A stretch of DNA of 64,000 bases from an uncultured candidate division Zixibacteria bacterium (GTDB lineage: Bacteria; Zixibacteria; MSB-5A5; RBG-16-43-9). The notes under the pieces are model-generated. The model worked only from the letters and a program-made list of their open reading frames with translations. It did no database searches and had not been told where the DNA came from. The position numbers were made by a program, and so were the translations under genes. The stretch lies in the NCBI GenBank assembly GCA_963713865.1, contig OY970208.1, positions 928,001-992,000 of the forward strand, in the 5' to 3' direction. Positions within the stretch are counted from its first letter, which is position 1; each line of letters begins with the position of its first letter. Positions 1 through 9,935 of the stretch are shown here, one piece after another.

Positions 1-28
1 TAAAATATTTTCAGCATAGAACCCTAAT

Positions 29-1396
29 TTATCTTTGAGTTATACATTTCTCAAAAACAGAACTGAGCTTATGGGTTAGTCTTTTTCTTTCAAATTCCTG
101 GATGAAGAGCTTATCCTGTTCCACTTTTAACTCACCTTTCAGGAACAATTCATAAGACTCTTTTAGCTTATTTTTAATCCCCTGGTGGTCCTGGGGGTTA
201 AATACCCAGCCGGATTTTGCTTGCTGGATTATCTTCTCCACCTCCCCCTGGGGTGGGGCTAGGGATAAAATCGGTTTTCCGCTGGCCAGATATTCAAAGA
301 GCTTTCCGGTCACTACCCCCTTCCAGAAATTTCCATTTGATCCTATGAGATGAAGAAGGAGGTGGCTTTTCAGCAAAAAATTTATGGATGAGTTGTGCTC
401 CCTATATCCCCAGGATTTGATAACTCCTCCAAGTTGATTCTGAATAATCCAGTCTTTGTATTCTTCCTCTAAGTAACCGACTAAGTCAACCTGAATTTTT
501 TCTCTTAAACCCGGGTTCTCAGCAAAAAATTCTCTTAATATCTCAAACAGGGGAAAGGCGGTATTTGGGTAGAAATAACCGCAATGACATATATGAAACT
601 TGCCATCCAGCCATTTATCCTCCTTTTCTCGAGCCCTATCTAAATCTTCGATATCATATCCATTATAGATGACCTCAATCCTCTTAGCCTGAGGATAATT
701 TTCTTGATGGGTCTTTTTTTGAAATTCGTTTATGGCTATGATGAAGGAGGTATTTGAAAATGCTTTATCCGCTAACGATCTTTCCAATCTCAAGCGCAAG
801 CTGGAATAAACTTTTCTCATTTTTTCGTACTCCAGCCAATCGTCCCGAATATCCGCCACCCAGGGTTTTTGGGTAAGCTTACTTAAAGCCCAACCCACTA
901 AATGCGAGGAATGAGGGGGCGAGGTTACATAGATCAAATCAATCTTCTGTGAGTTAATCAGAGAAAAGCCCCTTAGCACTGCAAAAGGGACCCAGCCGAC
1001 TTTTTCGTCTGGAATCCTCAGACCGGAGGTTAGAAATATATATATTCTTTTCAGGAAGTTTCTGAGTTTAGAACCTTGAGAGCTTACCTTTTCAGTTGAA
1101 TGAGACTTATCCTGATTTCCCCCTTTTTTTAACCTTAAAACATGCTTAATCAGGTATAGAAATTTCCTCTCCCATCGAGTGAACTCAAAAGCTGGAGCCC
1201 GATAAACCGGTATGTCAGAAGGAAGCTCTTTTAAAAGGGAATAATCCCAGACCGGGGAGTCAGGATTGGAAACCGAAAGGATTATTGGTTCCCATCCAAA
1301 AAGAGGTAAGTATTTAGCGAACTTTAAGGTCCGATAAACACCCCCTCCTCCTAAGGGAGGGAAATGGTAGGCTATGATCAAAACCTTTTTTCTCAT
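29..1396 (-). CDS. Glycosyltransferase family 4 (GT-B fold)
   Basis: N-terminal IAYHFPPLGGGGVYRTLKFAKYL and TSPPHSSHL, C-terminal GKLFEYLASGKPI motifs typical of GT4-like polysaccharide enzymes. Confidence 0.85.
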   Translation of the reverse strand: MRKKVLIIAYHFPPLGGGGVYRTLKFAKYLPLFGWEPIILSVSNPDSPVWDYSLLKELPSDIPVYRAPAFEFTRWERKFLYLIKHVLRLKKGGNQDKSHSTEKVSSQGSKLRNFLKRIYIFLTSGLRIPDEKVGWVPFAVLRGFSLINSQKIDLIYVTSPPHSSHLVGWALSKLTQKPWVADIRDDWLEYEKMRKVYSSLRLRLERSLADKAFSNTSFIIAINEFQKKTHQENYPQAKRIEVIYNGYDIEDLDRAREKEDKWLDGKFHICHCGYFYPNTAFPLFEILREFFAENPGLREKIQVDLVGYLEEEYKDWIIQNQLGGVIKSWGYREHNSSINFLLKSHLLLHLIGSNGNFWKGVVTGKLFEYLASGKPILSLAPPQGEVEKIIQQAKSGWVFNPQDHQGIKNKLKESYELFLKGELKVEQDKLFIQEFERKRLTHKLSSVFEKCITQR

Positions 1397-2875
1397 CTTT
1401 TTTTAAGCTTGAGTTTCTCTAAAAGCTCCGGGATGAAATCTTTAGCCCTTTTCATCTCACCTGAAGTAAAGAAGCCTGATACCCATAGAAGTAAAGGAAA
1501 AATGAAAAGCAAAAGGAATTTGTATAGCAATTCCCTTTTCCAGGAACTGACCTGGACCTGATTAATGATAAAAAGTGATAAAATTGTAACTGAGATTATC
1601 TTTAAAATCCTTATCCACTCATAAGGTATAGGATAGACTCGGACATTGATTATATAAGCTAAAAGGTCCATCAGAAGATAAGAGAAAAAGGTGGCATAAG
1701 CCGCACCCAACATACCGTAAGGCGGTATCAAAAGGAAGTTGAGTAAAAGGTTGAAGATGGCGGCGATACCTATGATCAATGGATTATATTTGGTTTTACT
1801 CTGGATAAATATCCCTACGTTCAAAAGGCTGAAAAACCCATACAACAGGACCGAGAATACTAAAAGAGGTATAACCTTATATGTACCCCAATACTGGGGG
1901 TCTGCCATAATTTTGATGGCTGGATTAGATAGGGCGATTATCCCCAAACTAAAGAAACTACCGATTAAAAGGAAATAGGTGGTCAAGCGGGAAAAGGTTA
2001 AAGGAGCATCCTTCTCCTTGGCTAAAGGGAAATAGATTGAAGGCCAGGTAGTTAAAAAAGGCTGGATTATCAAGAATTCCAAGATGCCGGAGAATCTACT
2101 CCCTAAAGAATACAGACCAAGCTCAGTAGTAGTGGAAAACCTTTCTAAAAAATACCGGTCAGCCACTGAAAGAACCCAGATGGAAAGCCCACCCGGGATT
2201 AAAGGGAGACCATAATTTAACATATTTTTCAATTTGTAAATAGAGATTTTCAAGGAGAGGTTTTTATAGATTAAGAAGAAAGTTAGAATTGAGATCAAAA
2301 TGGAAGTATATAGATTGCCATAGACGACGCCAGAGAGTCCCATTTTAAGTTTTAAGATGAAGTAGATATTGAAAGAGACATTTAATAAAAACCTCAAGAT
2401 AGATACTAAGCTGAATTTTACTGACTGAAGCTTAGCCCGAAAAAGCTGAAAGGTGATGGTGGAGAGGGTATTAAAGAACCCAGTATAAATGGTTAACCGC
2501 ACTAGGAGGGTATAGTCTTTAGATTGAAAAAGTAGATTATTTATCTGTTCTGGCGAAAAGGGAGATGGCTCCTAAGAAAATAAAAGTGGACAGAAGAAGA
2601 TAAAGATAAGAGGTGCTGATCACCTCCTTTTTCTCCTCCTCACTATCTTTATAATCAAAAGAGTAAGCCCGGAAGAAGGAGGTCTGCATACCCTGTTGCA
2701 CCAATATTATGATTATGGTTAAACTTACAGATAGAAGTTCTAAGATCCCGTAATCTGCCGGACTTAAATAGCGGGTATATATAGGCAGAAGGAAAAATCC
2801 AACTGCTTTAGCTAAGAGGTCTGCAGTGCTGTAAATAGCAGTATGTTTGGCTATGGTCTTTAAGGTCCTATACAT
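1393..2875 (-). CDS. Wzx-type polysaccharide flippase, split by a 1-bp frameshift near 2548
   Basis: ORFs 2537..2875 (GFFLLPIYTRYLSPADYG) and 1393..2502 (DRYFL, ELGLYSLG, LIPPYGMLGAAYAT) are the two halves of one multi-TM flippase. Removing one base from AGAACAG restores LFARQINNLLFQSKDYTLLVRLT. Confidence 0.85.
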
Positions 2876-2876
2876 A

Positions 2877-3800
2877 TTAGCAATTTCGGTAAATTGAAAG
2901 GCATTTTAGAGCTATCTTTTGAATATCATGATAGTTTTCTACGTAAATCCTGCCTTTTCCCCCTAACTCTTTCCTTAACTTCTCATCCTCAATCAGTTTT
3001 TTAAGATTTTCCTTCAAATTATCCGTACAGGTGTTCATCACTGGAAGCTCCTTCGGATATAATGAGGAAACCTCTTCCTTAATAAACACACAGACTGGCT
3101 TTTTCAAAGCCATCCCCTCAACTGCAAAGTTACCATAAGCTCCTATGATGATCTGATCCATAAAGATATCCCCTTTTTGATAATAAGATTTTAAACTCTC
3201 ATAAGATTTCCCCTCAATTAAAGAAAGCTCCACCGGGTAACCTTCTCTTTTCAATTCCTCTATAGTTGAGATGATTAAGTCAGTACCTTTCTTTTTTCGA
3301 TGGCTTGGAGCATGGATTATGATGACGGCTCTCTCCTTTTTCTCAATTGATAGAGGTTTCCAGTAGTCCAGATCGATTGGCTGGGGTATCCAGATCCCAT
3401 CCGGAACATACTCAAGCAGGTCCGGAGTAGAGACCAGATGAGCATCTGCAAATTTTATGCGGGGATGCATCTTTTTAACTCTAATCTCGCTTCCATGAAA
3501 ATGAAAGATAACCTTTTTACCTAACTTTTTTAATAGAGGGATATCCTTGAATTCCGCGGCGAAAATAGATTCTGAATGAAAATGGAAGATGTCATAGTCC
3601 TGCAGGCATTTTAATAGGAAAAAAAGTTTTTTGGTTCGAGACCAACCACCTTTTTCATCCCTCAAAACGAAATCTACAGGGAAACGTAAGTAAGAGGAAC
3701 GGAAAACTGCAAAGTCACTTCTGTGCCCTAATTTCCTCTGAGCCCGCGATATCTTAGATCCCTGTCCCCCATAATCATGGGGACCGTGTAGAATTCTCAT
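2877..3800 (-). CDS. Glycosyltransferase (GT4-like)
   Basis: HAPSHRKKKGT, DQIIIGAYGNFAVEGMALKKPV and GRIYVENYHD motifs; polysaccharide locus. Confidence 0.8.
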   Translation of the reverse strand: MRILHGPHDYGGQGSKISRAQRKLGHRSDFAVFRSSYLRFPVDFVLRDEKGGWSRTKKLFFLLKCLQDYDIFHFHSESIFAAEFKDIPLLKKLGKKVIFHFHGSEIRVKKMHPRIKFADAHLVSTPDLLEYVPDGIWIPQPIDLDYWKPLSIEKKERAVIIIHAPSHRKKKGTDLIISTIEELKREGYPVELSLIEGKSYESLKSYYQKGDIFMDQIIIGAYGNFAVEGMALKKPVCVFIKEEVSSLYPKELPVMNTCTDNLKENLKKLIEDEKLRKELGGKGRIYVENYHDIQKIALKCLSIYRNC

Positions 3801-4105
3801 CTTTTTACCCTGGATATTCCTGGCAAAACCAAGCTGACAAGTTTTCTAATTTTGTCAATCAGTTACCAATTTGAAGTTCTCTTCATTTCTGCCTTTCGAT
3901 TTCTTAAAACGTTCGATGGCTTTTGCATTAGGAAACGAAATCCAGCAATAAATCTTGGTGCACGAGTGCTTTTTTCTAGGTATAAGGTAAAGCCGACTTT
4001 CTTTTGAATCAAGTCCTTTTTTAGTTGAATTAGAGGTCGGTTATAGATTGAAATTGCCACACACATACAATATATATAAAAGACTTTCTTTTCAACTTTC
4101 CAAGA

Positions 4106-5140
4106 CTAACATAATAAAAGCTCCCTGACGATCAGGGATTTCCATGCGGACATTGGCAAAGTCGTCCTTCTCAAGAAAAAAGGATCAAAATTGGATAAGT
4201 TCACCCTCCTCCAGCCAGCACAGGCACATTCATATTTTAAATTGATTAAAATAGGTCTAACCCGAAGGTGTGTTTCAAAATGGGCCTCGACGGGATAAGC
4301 AAAACTAACCACCTTGACTTTAATGTTATCTTCAATAATCTCTTTGGATTTAGCTAATTCCTCCTTAACCCTTTCCAGGGAGGCAAATTTAAGGTTCAGA
4401 TGAGAACAGGTATGAGACCCGAAACTGATACCTTGCCGGGACATCTCCACTATTTGATCCCAGCTTAAGTTTCTTGGTTTTGCTAATTTCACATGCTGAT
4501 CTGTCAGCAGGAGTTCTTTAAGTTTTTCGATCTTTTCCTGTCTTAATCCCTCCTCGATGCTCTTTAAATAGAACTCCAGAGATTCCAGAAATTGTTCTCT
4601 ACGTTTAAAATCTTTCTCTGTTTCATTGAACTGTTTTGCCAGTTTCTCTCCAATAACAGGAATCAAAACGGATGCGGATTCACCTGACGGAACAGCATAA
4701 GCTATGACCTGATGCAACTCATCCCACCAAAATATTCTCTGGTTGTTGATAAAATCGGTGGGCAAAAACACGGTAGCTGGGAAATTATATTTTTTTAGCA
4801 GGGGAAAGGCTATGGTGTAAAAGGATTCATAACTATCATCGAAGGTAATCGCTATAAACTTATCCTTCAACTCTTTTCCCCTTTTCAAAAACTTTATGCC
4901 CTCTTCCAGCGATACAACCTGGTAGGACTTCTTCAAAATCTCCAGTTGGAGTTCGAGTTGCTGGGCAGTGATCTCGGGCCTGAGGTTAACAGGATGACTG
5001 GCTCCATCCGAGATGTTGTGATAGGCCAGAATTATCAATTTCCCTTCCTCCGGATTGTTCAATTTCTCCCAGAACCTAACAAGGTGGTAATATCCAGAGT
5101 AGTATAGAATACTTTTAGCTAAATTTTTAATTTTCTCCAT
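4106..5140 (-). CDS. Polysaccharide deacetylase (NodB/CE4 family)
   Basis: LAYHNI, AITFDD, FGSHTCSH and FAYP motifs. Confidence 0.85.
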   Translation of the reverse strand: MEKIKNLAKSILYYSGYYHLVRFWEKLNNPEEGKLIILAYHNISDGASHPVNLRPEITAQQLELQLEILKKSYQVVSLEEGIKFLKRGKELKDKFIAITFDDSYESFYTIAFPLLKKYNFPATVFLPTDFINNQRIFWWDELHQVIAYAVPSGESASVLIPVIGEKLAKQFNETEKDFKRREQFLESLEFYLKSIEEGLRQEKIEKLKELLLTDQHVKLAKPRNLSWDQIVEMSRQGISFGSHTCSHLNLKFASLERVKEELAKSKEIIEDNIKVKVVSFAYPVEAHFETHLRVRPILINLKYECACAGWRRVNLSNFDPFFLRRTTLPMSAWKSLIVRELLLC

Positions 5141-5207
5141 AGCTTAGCAACAGCCAAACGAAATCAGAGGTACGGTTAATAATGGTCGAAAAAAAGGTGT
5201 TTTTTGA

Positions 5208-6344
5208 TCAAGCTTCTAAGTCCCTTTCTACCTCGCTATTGTTTCTGAAAATCCCTCTCAGGCTTCGCAGGAAGGGTAAGGCTTTGTTCTTTGCAAACAT
5301 AACTACCCTTCCTTTAATATTTTGGTTCCCGAGCGTGACAGTCACATGTTTGCGGATTTTCCGACACCATTCCATCTTATAGGGGTCATCGTCACCCCCC
5401 ATGTCGTATTCGCAAGTTTCAGGTTTACTAAACAGATCTTTAACTATCGCGATTCTCAAACTGTTGCCCGGTGAATAATAATTGTATTCCTCATTATAAT
5501 CACATCTCAGCAGTAAATACTTATTGTTGTCCCTTAATAGATACTCGAAACCGATGAGCTCCTTATTGATCCTGATAGTGTATAGTGTGATCCAGTCATG
5601 TACCAAGCCGATCGGGGTAAAATTGACATAGAGTTGGCCCTGCGCAGAATCAAAAGTAAGATGATCGCCGAAATCCGCCTTCCAGCTTTTACGGGAAATA
5701 TCAAACATATCCTGAAGAAACATCTTGAACGCCTCAGGTGTAGCGATTCGGTTGATTTCGTACGAGTCCGCCTTCTCAAGGCGTCTCAAGCACATACGGT
5801 TGAGGTATTTCCGGCGTTCTGGCGATAGCTGGTTCCAATAATCCTCCCAGCTACCTTCAGTCGTCAAAAACGGAGAATTGAATCCTCTGGTAATTTGACA
5901 GTTGTACTTGTTCAGGTGGTGGTTCACCAGTCCAAGAAAGTTGCGGGTAGTCTCGATATCTGTATATAAGTTCTCCGCCACAAAAACATCCCAGCAGTCA
6001 AGTTGTAAAATATGCGTCACCAGCTCCGCCACAAGAGCCGGATCAGCGGTTATGAAGTTTACTGTCAGACCGAGATCAGAAGCCAGAAAACCGATTCCAT
6101 TAGTCTTAATTTTTCTAAAGAGAAAAGATTTTCTGAATATCGGTGCAACAGCAGTCAGTAGGCCGTCAACCCAGATAGCGATAATCGACAATGAGCTTTC
6201 CAGGCGATAAGCCTTTATAAACTCCGCAAACCACTGGTGTTTCATGAAAATATGAGAAACTTCGGAGTTGATAACCAGTTCATTCCAGGCCTGCTCAAGC
6301 TCCAAAAACTTATCAAATGCTGTAATAACTTTGTATGTAACCAA
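5208..6344 (-). CDS. GNAT family acetyltransferase (CelD/BcsL-like)
   Basis: LEQAWNEL..HIFMKHQW, YSPGNSL, YDMGGDDDPYKMEW. Confidence 0.8.
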   Translation of the reverse strand: MVTYKVITAFDKFLELEQAWNELVINSEVSHIFMKHQWFAEFIKAYRLESSLSIIAIWVDGLLTAVAPIFRKSFLFRKIKTNGIGFLASDLGLTVNFITADPALVAELVTHILQLDCWDVFVAENLYTDIETTRNFLGLVNHHLNKYNCQITRGFNSPFLTTEGSWEDYWNQLSPERRKYLNRMCLRRLEKADSYEINRIATPEAFKMFLQDMFDISRKSWKADFGDHLTFDSAQGQLYVNFTPIGLVHDWITLYTIRINKELIGFEYLLRDNNKYLLLRCDYNEEYNYYSPGNSLRIAIVKDLFSKPETCEYDMGGDDDPYKMEWCRKIRKHVTVTLGNQNIKGRVVMFAKNKALPFLRSLRGIFRNNSEVERDLEA

Positions 6345-6816
6345 AGGACTCCCTTTACTAAGTAATTTAACCCATCTTGATTATCCTAATGTCTATATTC
6401 AATATCTACCTTTAGTGACTAATACCTTTAGATTCCTCAAAAGTTACTTCATCTTATTTACATAAGACAGTCAGGCTCTTCCGATAAGACGCGACTTCCT
6501 GCCTTTGAATTACCAGTTTGGTTACTCAAAAACGTTACCACACTGCTGAAGCGCGGGTTCCTGAAAACAGTCCCCCCCACCAAGAACCACTCGTCCAACT
6601 CGATAAGGGGTAGCCCGGAGAAGATCCATAGTCATTGAGATACCACCTTTGCGCTGTTCTCCTGCCATTACCCTCCAAAACCCGGTTTCCTTCTTTAGCT
6701 TCCATTCATAACTTTGATTGGTCTTTTCTTTCGAATGCTTACTATAGAATCCTTTCTCATACTAAAATCCTGTATCATATGGTCACGAGTAGTTCTACTA
6801 AATACTTGGGAGAATT

Positions 6817-7872
6817 TCATATATCTCTATCCCCTTCCAACAGAAACCAATTACTTTTATTCAAAATAAGCTCGGCGTATGGAGAATTTTTATCAAGATA
6901 AACCATGATCCTCGACTCCTCCTCGCGACAAAAAAACCCAAAGCTTCTTAACTTTTTAACCAAAGTGGGACAACCAAAAAGAAAGATGGATATAGATTCA
7001 ACCTCTTGACCTCTTGAGTAAAGAATAAACTCTGTTAATAAGGTCTCAAAGGTTGGATCGAAATTAAGAAATAACATGTCGATGATAAAACAGACCTGAT
7101 CCTGAAGATAGTAAACTATATATCCCCAGATCTCCTGGTTATCTTTCTGGGTTAGCGAAAAAATATGATAGTGTCTGTGTGGAGATTTTCCATATCTCCA
7201 GTTTAGATATTCTTTAGATCTTTCGCTAATTATGTTAAACTGCTTTGAGGCTTTTTCCCATAAATGATCAAACCTTTGATCAAAAGAGTTTAAACTCTGG
7301 ATAGCGTAGTCTTTCCCTCTTCGGTATCTTGCTTCTTTGGAGAGAATCTTCATTATAAAATCTAAAGGTTTTGACACCAGCCAATGGAGGGCTGAAGCCT
7401 TGAAGTATCTTCTGGTCTTCAGCAATTTCGCCCATCTATCGATTTTGCCCAATAGAAGGTATCCCACTCTAAGCTGGACCAGTTCTGCCTTTCGATTCGA
7501 GATGCCAAAAATGAATTCGAAGTTATTTTGATTCAGGCTGGCAGTAACTGCCCTCTGTAATTTTATAGCGACATTGGAGCCTCTGTGCTCCCGGTTAACT
7601 GTAAAATCCCCGGCTATTCCCACCCATACCTCCCTACCCATTATCCTCATCTTCCGAGGGAATAAGCTCACCGTGCCAACGGATGTTCCTTTTTCGGTCT
7701 CAAGTGCAATCCAGCTTAAAACCTTTCCATCTGGATTTTGTTGATAAATCCAGTCATATCTTTCCTGGGGCAGATGTGGAAAATTATTTTTCCAAAGCAA
7801 AAGAATATCATTCTTATCTCTTTCTAAATCTACACTTACTACTGAATAATTCATAGAAAAACACCAGTTCAC
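6817..7872 (-). CDS. GNAT family N-acetyltransferase (tandem-domain, polysaccharide-associated)
   Basis: WIYQQNP, GDFTVNREHRG, RSKEYLNWRY, C-terminal NWFLLEGDRD. Confidence 0.75.
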   Translation of the reverse strand: MNWCFSMNYSVVSVDLERDKNDILLLWKNNFPHLPQERYDWIYQQNPDGKVLSWIALETEKGTSVGTVSLFPRKMRIMGREVWVGIAGDFTVNREHRGSNVAIKLQRAVTASLNQNNFEFIFGISNRKAELVQLRVGYLLLGKIDRWAKLLKTRRYFKASALHWLVSKPLDFIMKILSKEARYRRGKDYAIQSLNSFDQRFDHLWEKASKQFNIISERSKEYLNWRYGKSPHRHYHIFSLTQKDNQEIWGYIVYYLQDQVCFIIDMLFLNFDPTFETLLTEFILYSRGQEVESISIFLFGCPTLVKKLRSFGFFCREEESRIMVYLDKNSPYAELILNKSNWFLLEGDRDI

Positions 7873-7875
7873 AGG

Positions 7876-8877
7876 TTAGATTGAGGTAAGTCCCAACTTA
7901 CTTCTCACCTGTTCAACTGTATTAAGGTCTTCAGGAAGATTTATCCTTTTTAAAGCTTCCTGGCGGTCCAGATAACCCTCTCGAACTAATTTTGCCAACT
8001 CAAAGGCATAGGGATGAAAGCCGAACCTTTGTTTATGCACTAAGTTGGCAAATGAATTCAAAAGGCAGTTGGTTGAATTCGAATCTGTGTCAACCGGCAT
8101 ATTCCAACCTAACTCTTCGATCTTTTTGAAAATCTTCTTCTCGTCATATTCCAGAAAGGCTAAAGGGCTGATATTATAAGGAAAAACCTCTTTCTTTTGG
8201 AAATCGTTCTCCTCTAAGAAATATGGATTAATCTTTTCACCTGCGATCTCGACCAGTGGTCCTTTTATAACTTCCTGCATCTGTTTTAGCATAGAGGGGT
8301 TATTCTTAAAAATCGAAGCAGAGATTGGAGCCTGACCTGGCGACCAGCCATAGGTTATAAAGGGTATTTTCTTTTCCAGGGCCAATCTTAGTGTAGTGAA
8401 CTTGACTATCCCCATACAAGATGTGCAGATGGTGCTTGCCCGATCTAAGGTTTTACGGGAGAAGATATCCTCCCTTGTCCCGGTTAAAAAGATTTTTTTT
8501 AAGAGTGCGAAGTTCGGTTTAAAAAATATATGGTCAACTCCTAAATTTTCCACCACTTCACGGATATTCCTTAGAGCCTGTTCTGAAAGGAAACCGTTAT
8601 CAAAGGTTAAGGCTAAGACTTTTAAGTCATATTTTTCTTTTAAAATATATAAAGTATAAGTACTGTCTTTTCCACCGGAATAAGCCATCAGGGTATCGTA
8701 AGAAGAGGAACCTTTATATTTACTCAGAAGCTCATCGAATCGCTGTCTGTATTTCTCCTTCTCCTTTTCCAGATGCTCTTTCCCCTTAAATTCCTGACAG
8801 AAATTACAAACCCCATCTGAATTAAAACTGATACCCGGAAAGGTTTCCGGTAACACGCAATTGCTGCAGATTTTCAT
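7876..8877 (-). CDS. N-acetyl-sugar amidotransferase-like / adenine nucleotide alpha-hydrolase (PP-loop) protein
   Basis: CSNCVLP...GVCNFC N-terminus, PP-loop SGGKDS, C-terminal STNC and LVREGYLDRQEAL. Confidence 0.75.
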   Translation of the reverse strand: MKICSNCVLPETFPGISFNSDGVCNFCQEFKGKEHLEKEKEKYRQRFDELLSKYKGSSSYDTLMAYSGGKDSTYTLYILKEKYDLKVLALTFDNGFLSEQALRNIREVVENLGVDHIFFKPNFALLKKIFLTGTREDIFSRKTLDRASTICTSCMGIVKFTTLRLALEKKIPFITYGWSPGQAPISASIFKNNPSMLKQMQEVIKGPLVEIAGEKINPYFLEENDFQKKEVFPYNISPLAFLEYDEKKIFKKIEELGWNMPVDTDSNSTNCLLNSFANLVHKQRFGFHPYAFELAKLVREGYLDRQEALKRINLPEDLNTVEQVRSKLGLTSI

Positions 8878-8929
8878 AACCTTTTCCTCGATTACTCAGG
8901 CAGTTGCTTAATTTGTTAAGTATCTTTTT

Positions 8930-8951
8930 GCTCGATAAATCGAGCAACTAC
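8930..8951. repeat. REP-like palindrome GCTCGATAAATCGAGCAACTAC (GTAG family)
   Basis: Hairpin GCTCGAT-AA-ATCGAGC ending in CTAC; near-identical copies at 12992-13012 (inverted), 45971-45992 and 58194-58215. Confidence 0.8.
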
Positions 8952-8957
8952 AGATTC

Positions 8958-9926
8958 TCAGCCAAGCAGATTTGGAGCAGTCTGGTCAAGATGAGCAGAA
9001 GCTTTCCTTTTCTGGTCAAAATCCCTGTAAGCTCTTTTTACCTGTTCCTCTGAAAGGTTTAAAGCCTGGCTTACCTTATCCAGGAGGATTTTGTTCTCCT
9101 GGGCATACAAGAGCAGGTCTAAAAGGTCATACGGGATGCAGAAATAAAATTCCTGATCACTTACCACTGCAGAGAAAGTATCCGGGCTGGGTTCTCTCCT
9201 GATTATTTCCTCAGGGATATCCAAAAATTCAGCCAGTTGATAAACCTGAGTCTTATAAAGATGAGCTATCGGCTCTAAATCTACCCCTCCATCCCCGAAT
9301 TTCACATAAAATCCTTGAGCATATTCGCTATAGTTAGTCGTGCCGATAACTAAATAGTTATTTTTCTCTGCATAGTAGTAGAGCTGAGTCATCCTCGTCC
9401 GCTGTTTCATATCCGTAGCTGCAATAATTCCTAAAAGCTGGTCTTTGGATAGCCGGAATCTTTTTTCATCCCCTTTGGGATCTATTATTTTCAAGCTGAA
9501 ATAGTTAAGCCGGTCCCTTTCCAAGAGGTCCTGAGGAAGCCCGATCTTGATCTTATAGTTGCTGTCATATTCCGGGAAAATCTTTTTTATTATCTCGTCC
9601 CTTCTTCCATAAGCTCCCAGATTCTCTAAGGCTGAAGATATATCAACTTTTTCACTTTTTATGCCAAGTTTTTTGACTAAAATCTCTCCGTAGGTAAGGC
9701 TTATCGGGTTCGACTCTTTCTCCGGCAAAAAGACTCCAAAGACCTTGTCCTTACCTAAAGCTCTAACTGTTAAAGCCGCTGTCAAAGCTGAGTCAATCCC
9801 GCCACTTATCCCGACCACCCCCCCCTCTCTTCTGAAATGTAAAAAGACCTGCTCTTTTATAAATTCGCAAATCCTGTTGCATTCCTTTTCAGGGTCTATG
9901 TCCAGTATATTTTTATGAAACTCCAT
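8958..9926 (-). CDS. nadE: NH3-dependent NAD+ synthetase family protein (NadE-like, within the polysaccharide modification module)
   Basis: GISGGIDS, KQRTRM, GTTNYSE, GFYVKFGDG, LYKTQV, PSPD. Confidence 0.75.
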   Translation of the reverse strand: MEFHKNILDIDPEKECNRICEFIKEQVFLHFRREGGVVGISGGIDSALTAALTVRALGKDKVFGVFLPEKESNPISLTYGEILVKKLGIKSEKVDISSALENLGAYGRRDEIIKKIFPEYDSNYKIKIGLPQDLLERDRLNYFSLKIIDPKGDEKRFRLSKDQLLGIIAATDMKQRTRMTQLYYYAEKNNYLVIGTTNYSEYAQGFYVKFGDGGVDLEPIAHLYKTQVYQLAEFLDIPEEIIRREPSPDTFSAVVSDQEFYFCIPYDLLDLLLYAQENKILLDKVSQALNLSEEQVKRAYRDFDQKRKASAHLDQTAPNLLG

Positions 9927-9935
9927 TTCCCTCCT

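Noticed and set aside
3863-4066. 67-aa ORF or IS200/IS605-end remnant between the glycosyltransferase and the deacetylase
   Set aside because: No RBS or recognisable motif; only a weak degenerate palindrome (CCAGCAATAAATCTTGG), too little to call.
6535-6705. Trp/Gly/Ser-rich 56-aa ORF as a RiPP precursor
   Set aside because: No RBS, no nearby RiPP enzymes, and a decayed-gene explanation fits other frames.
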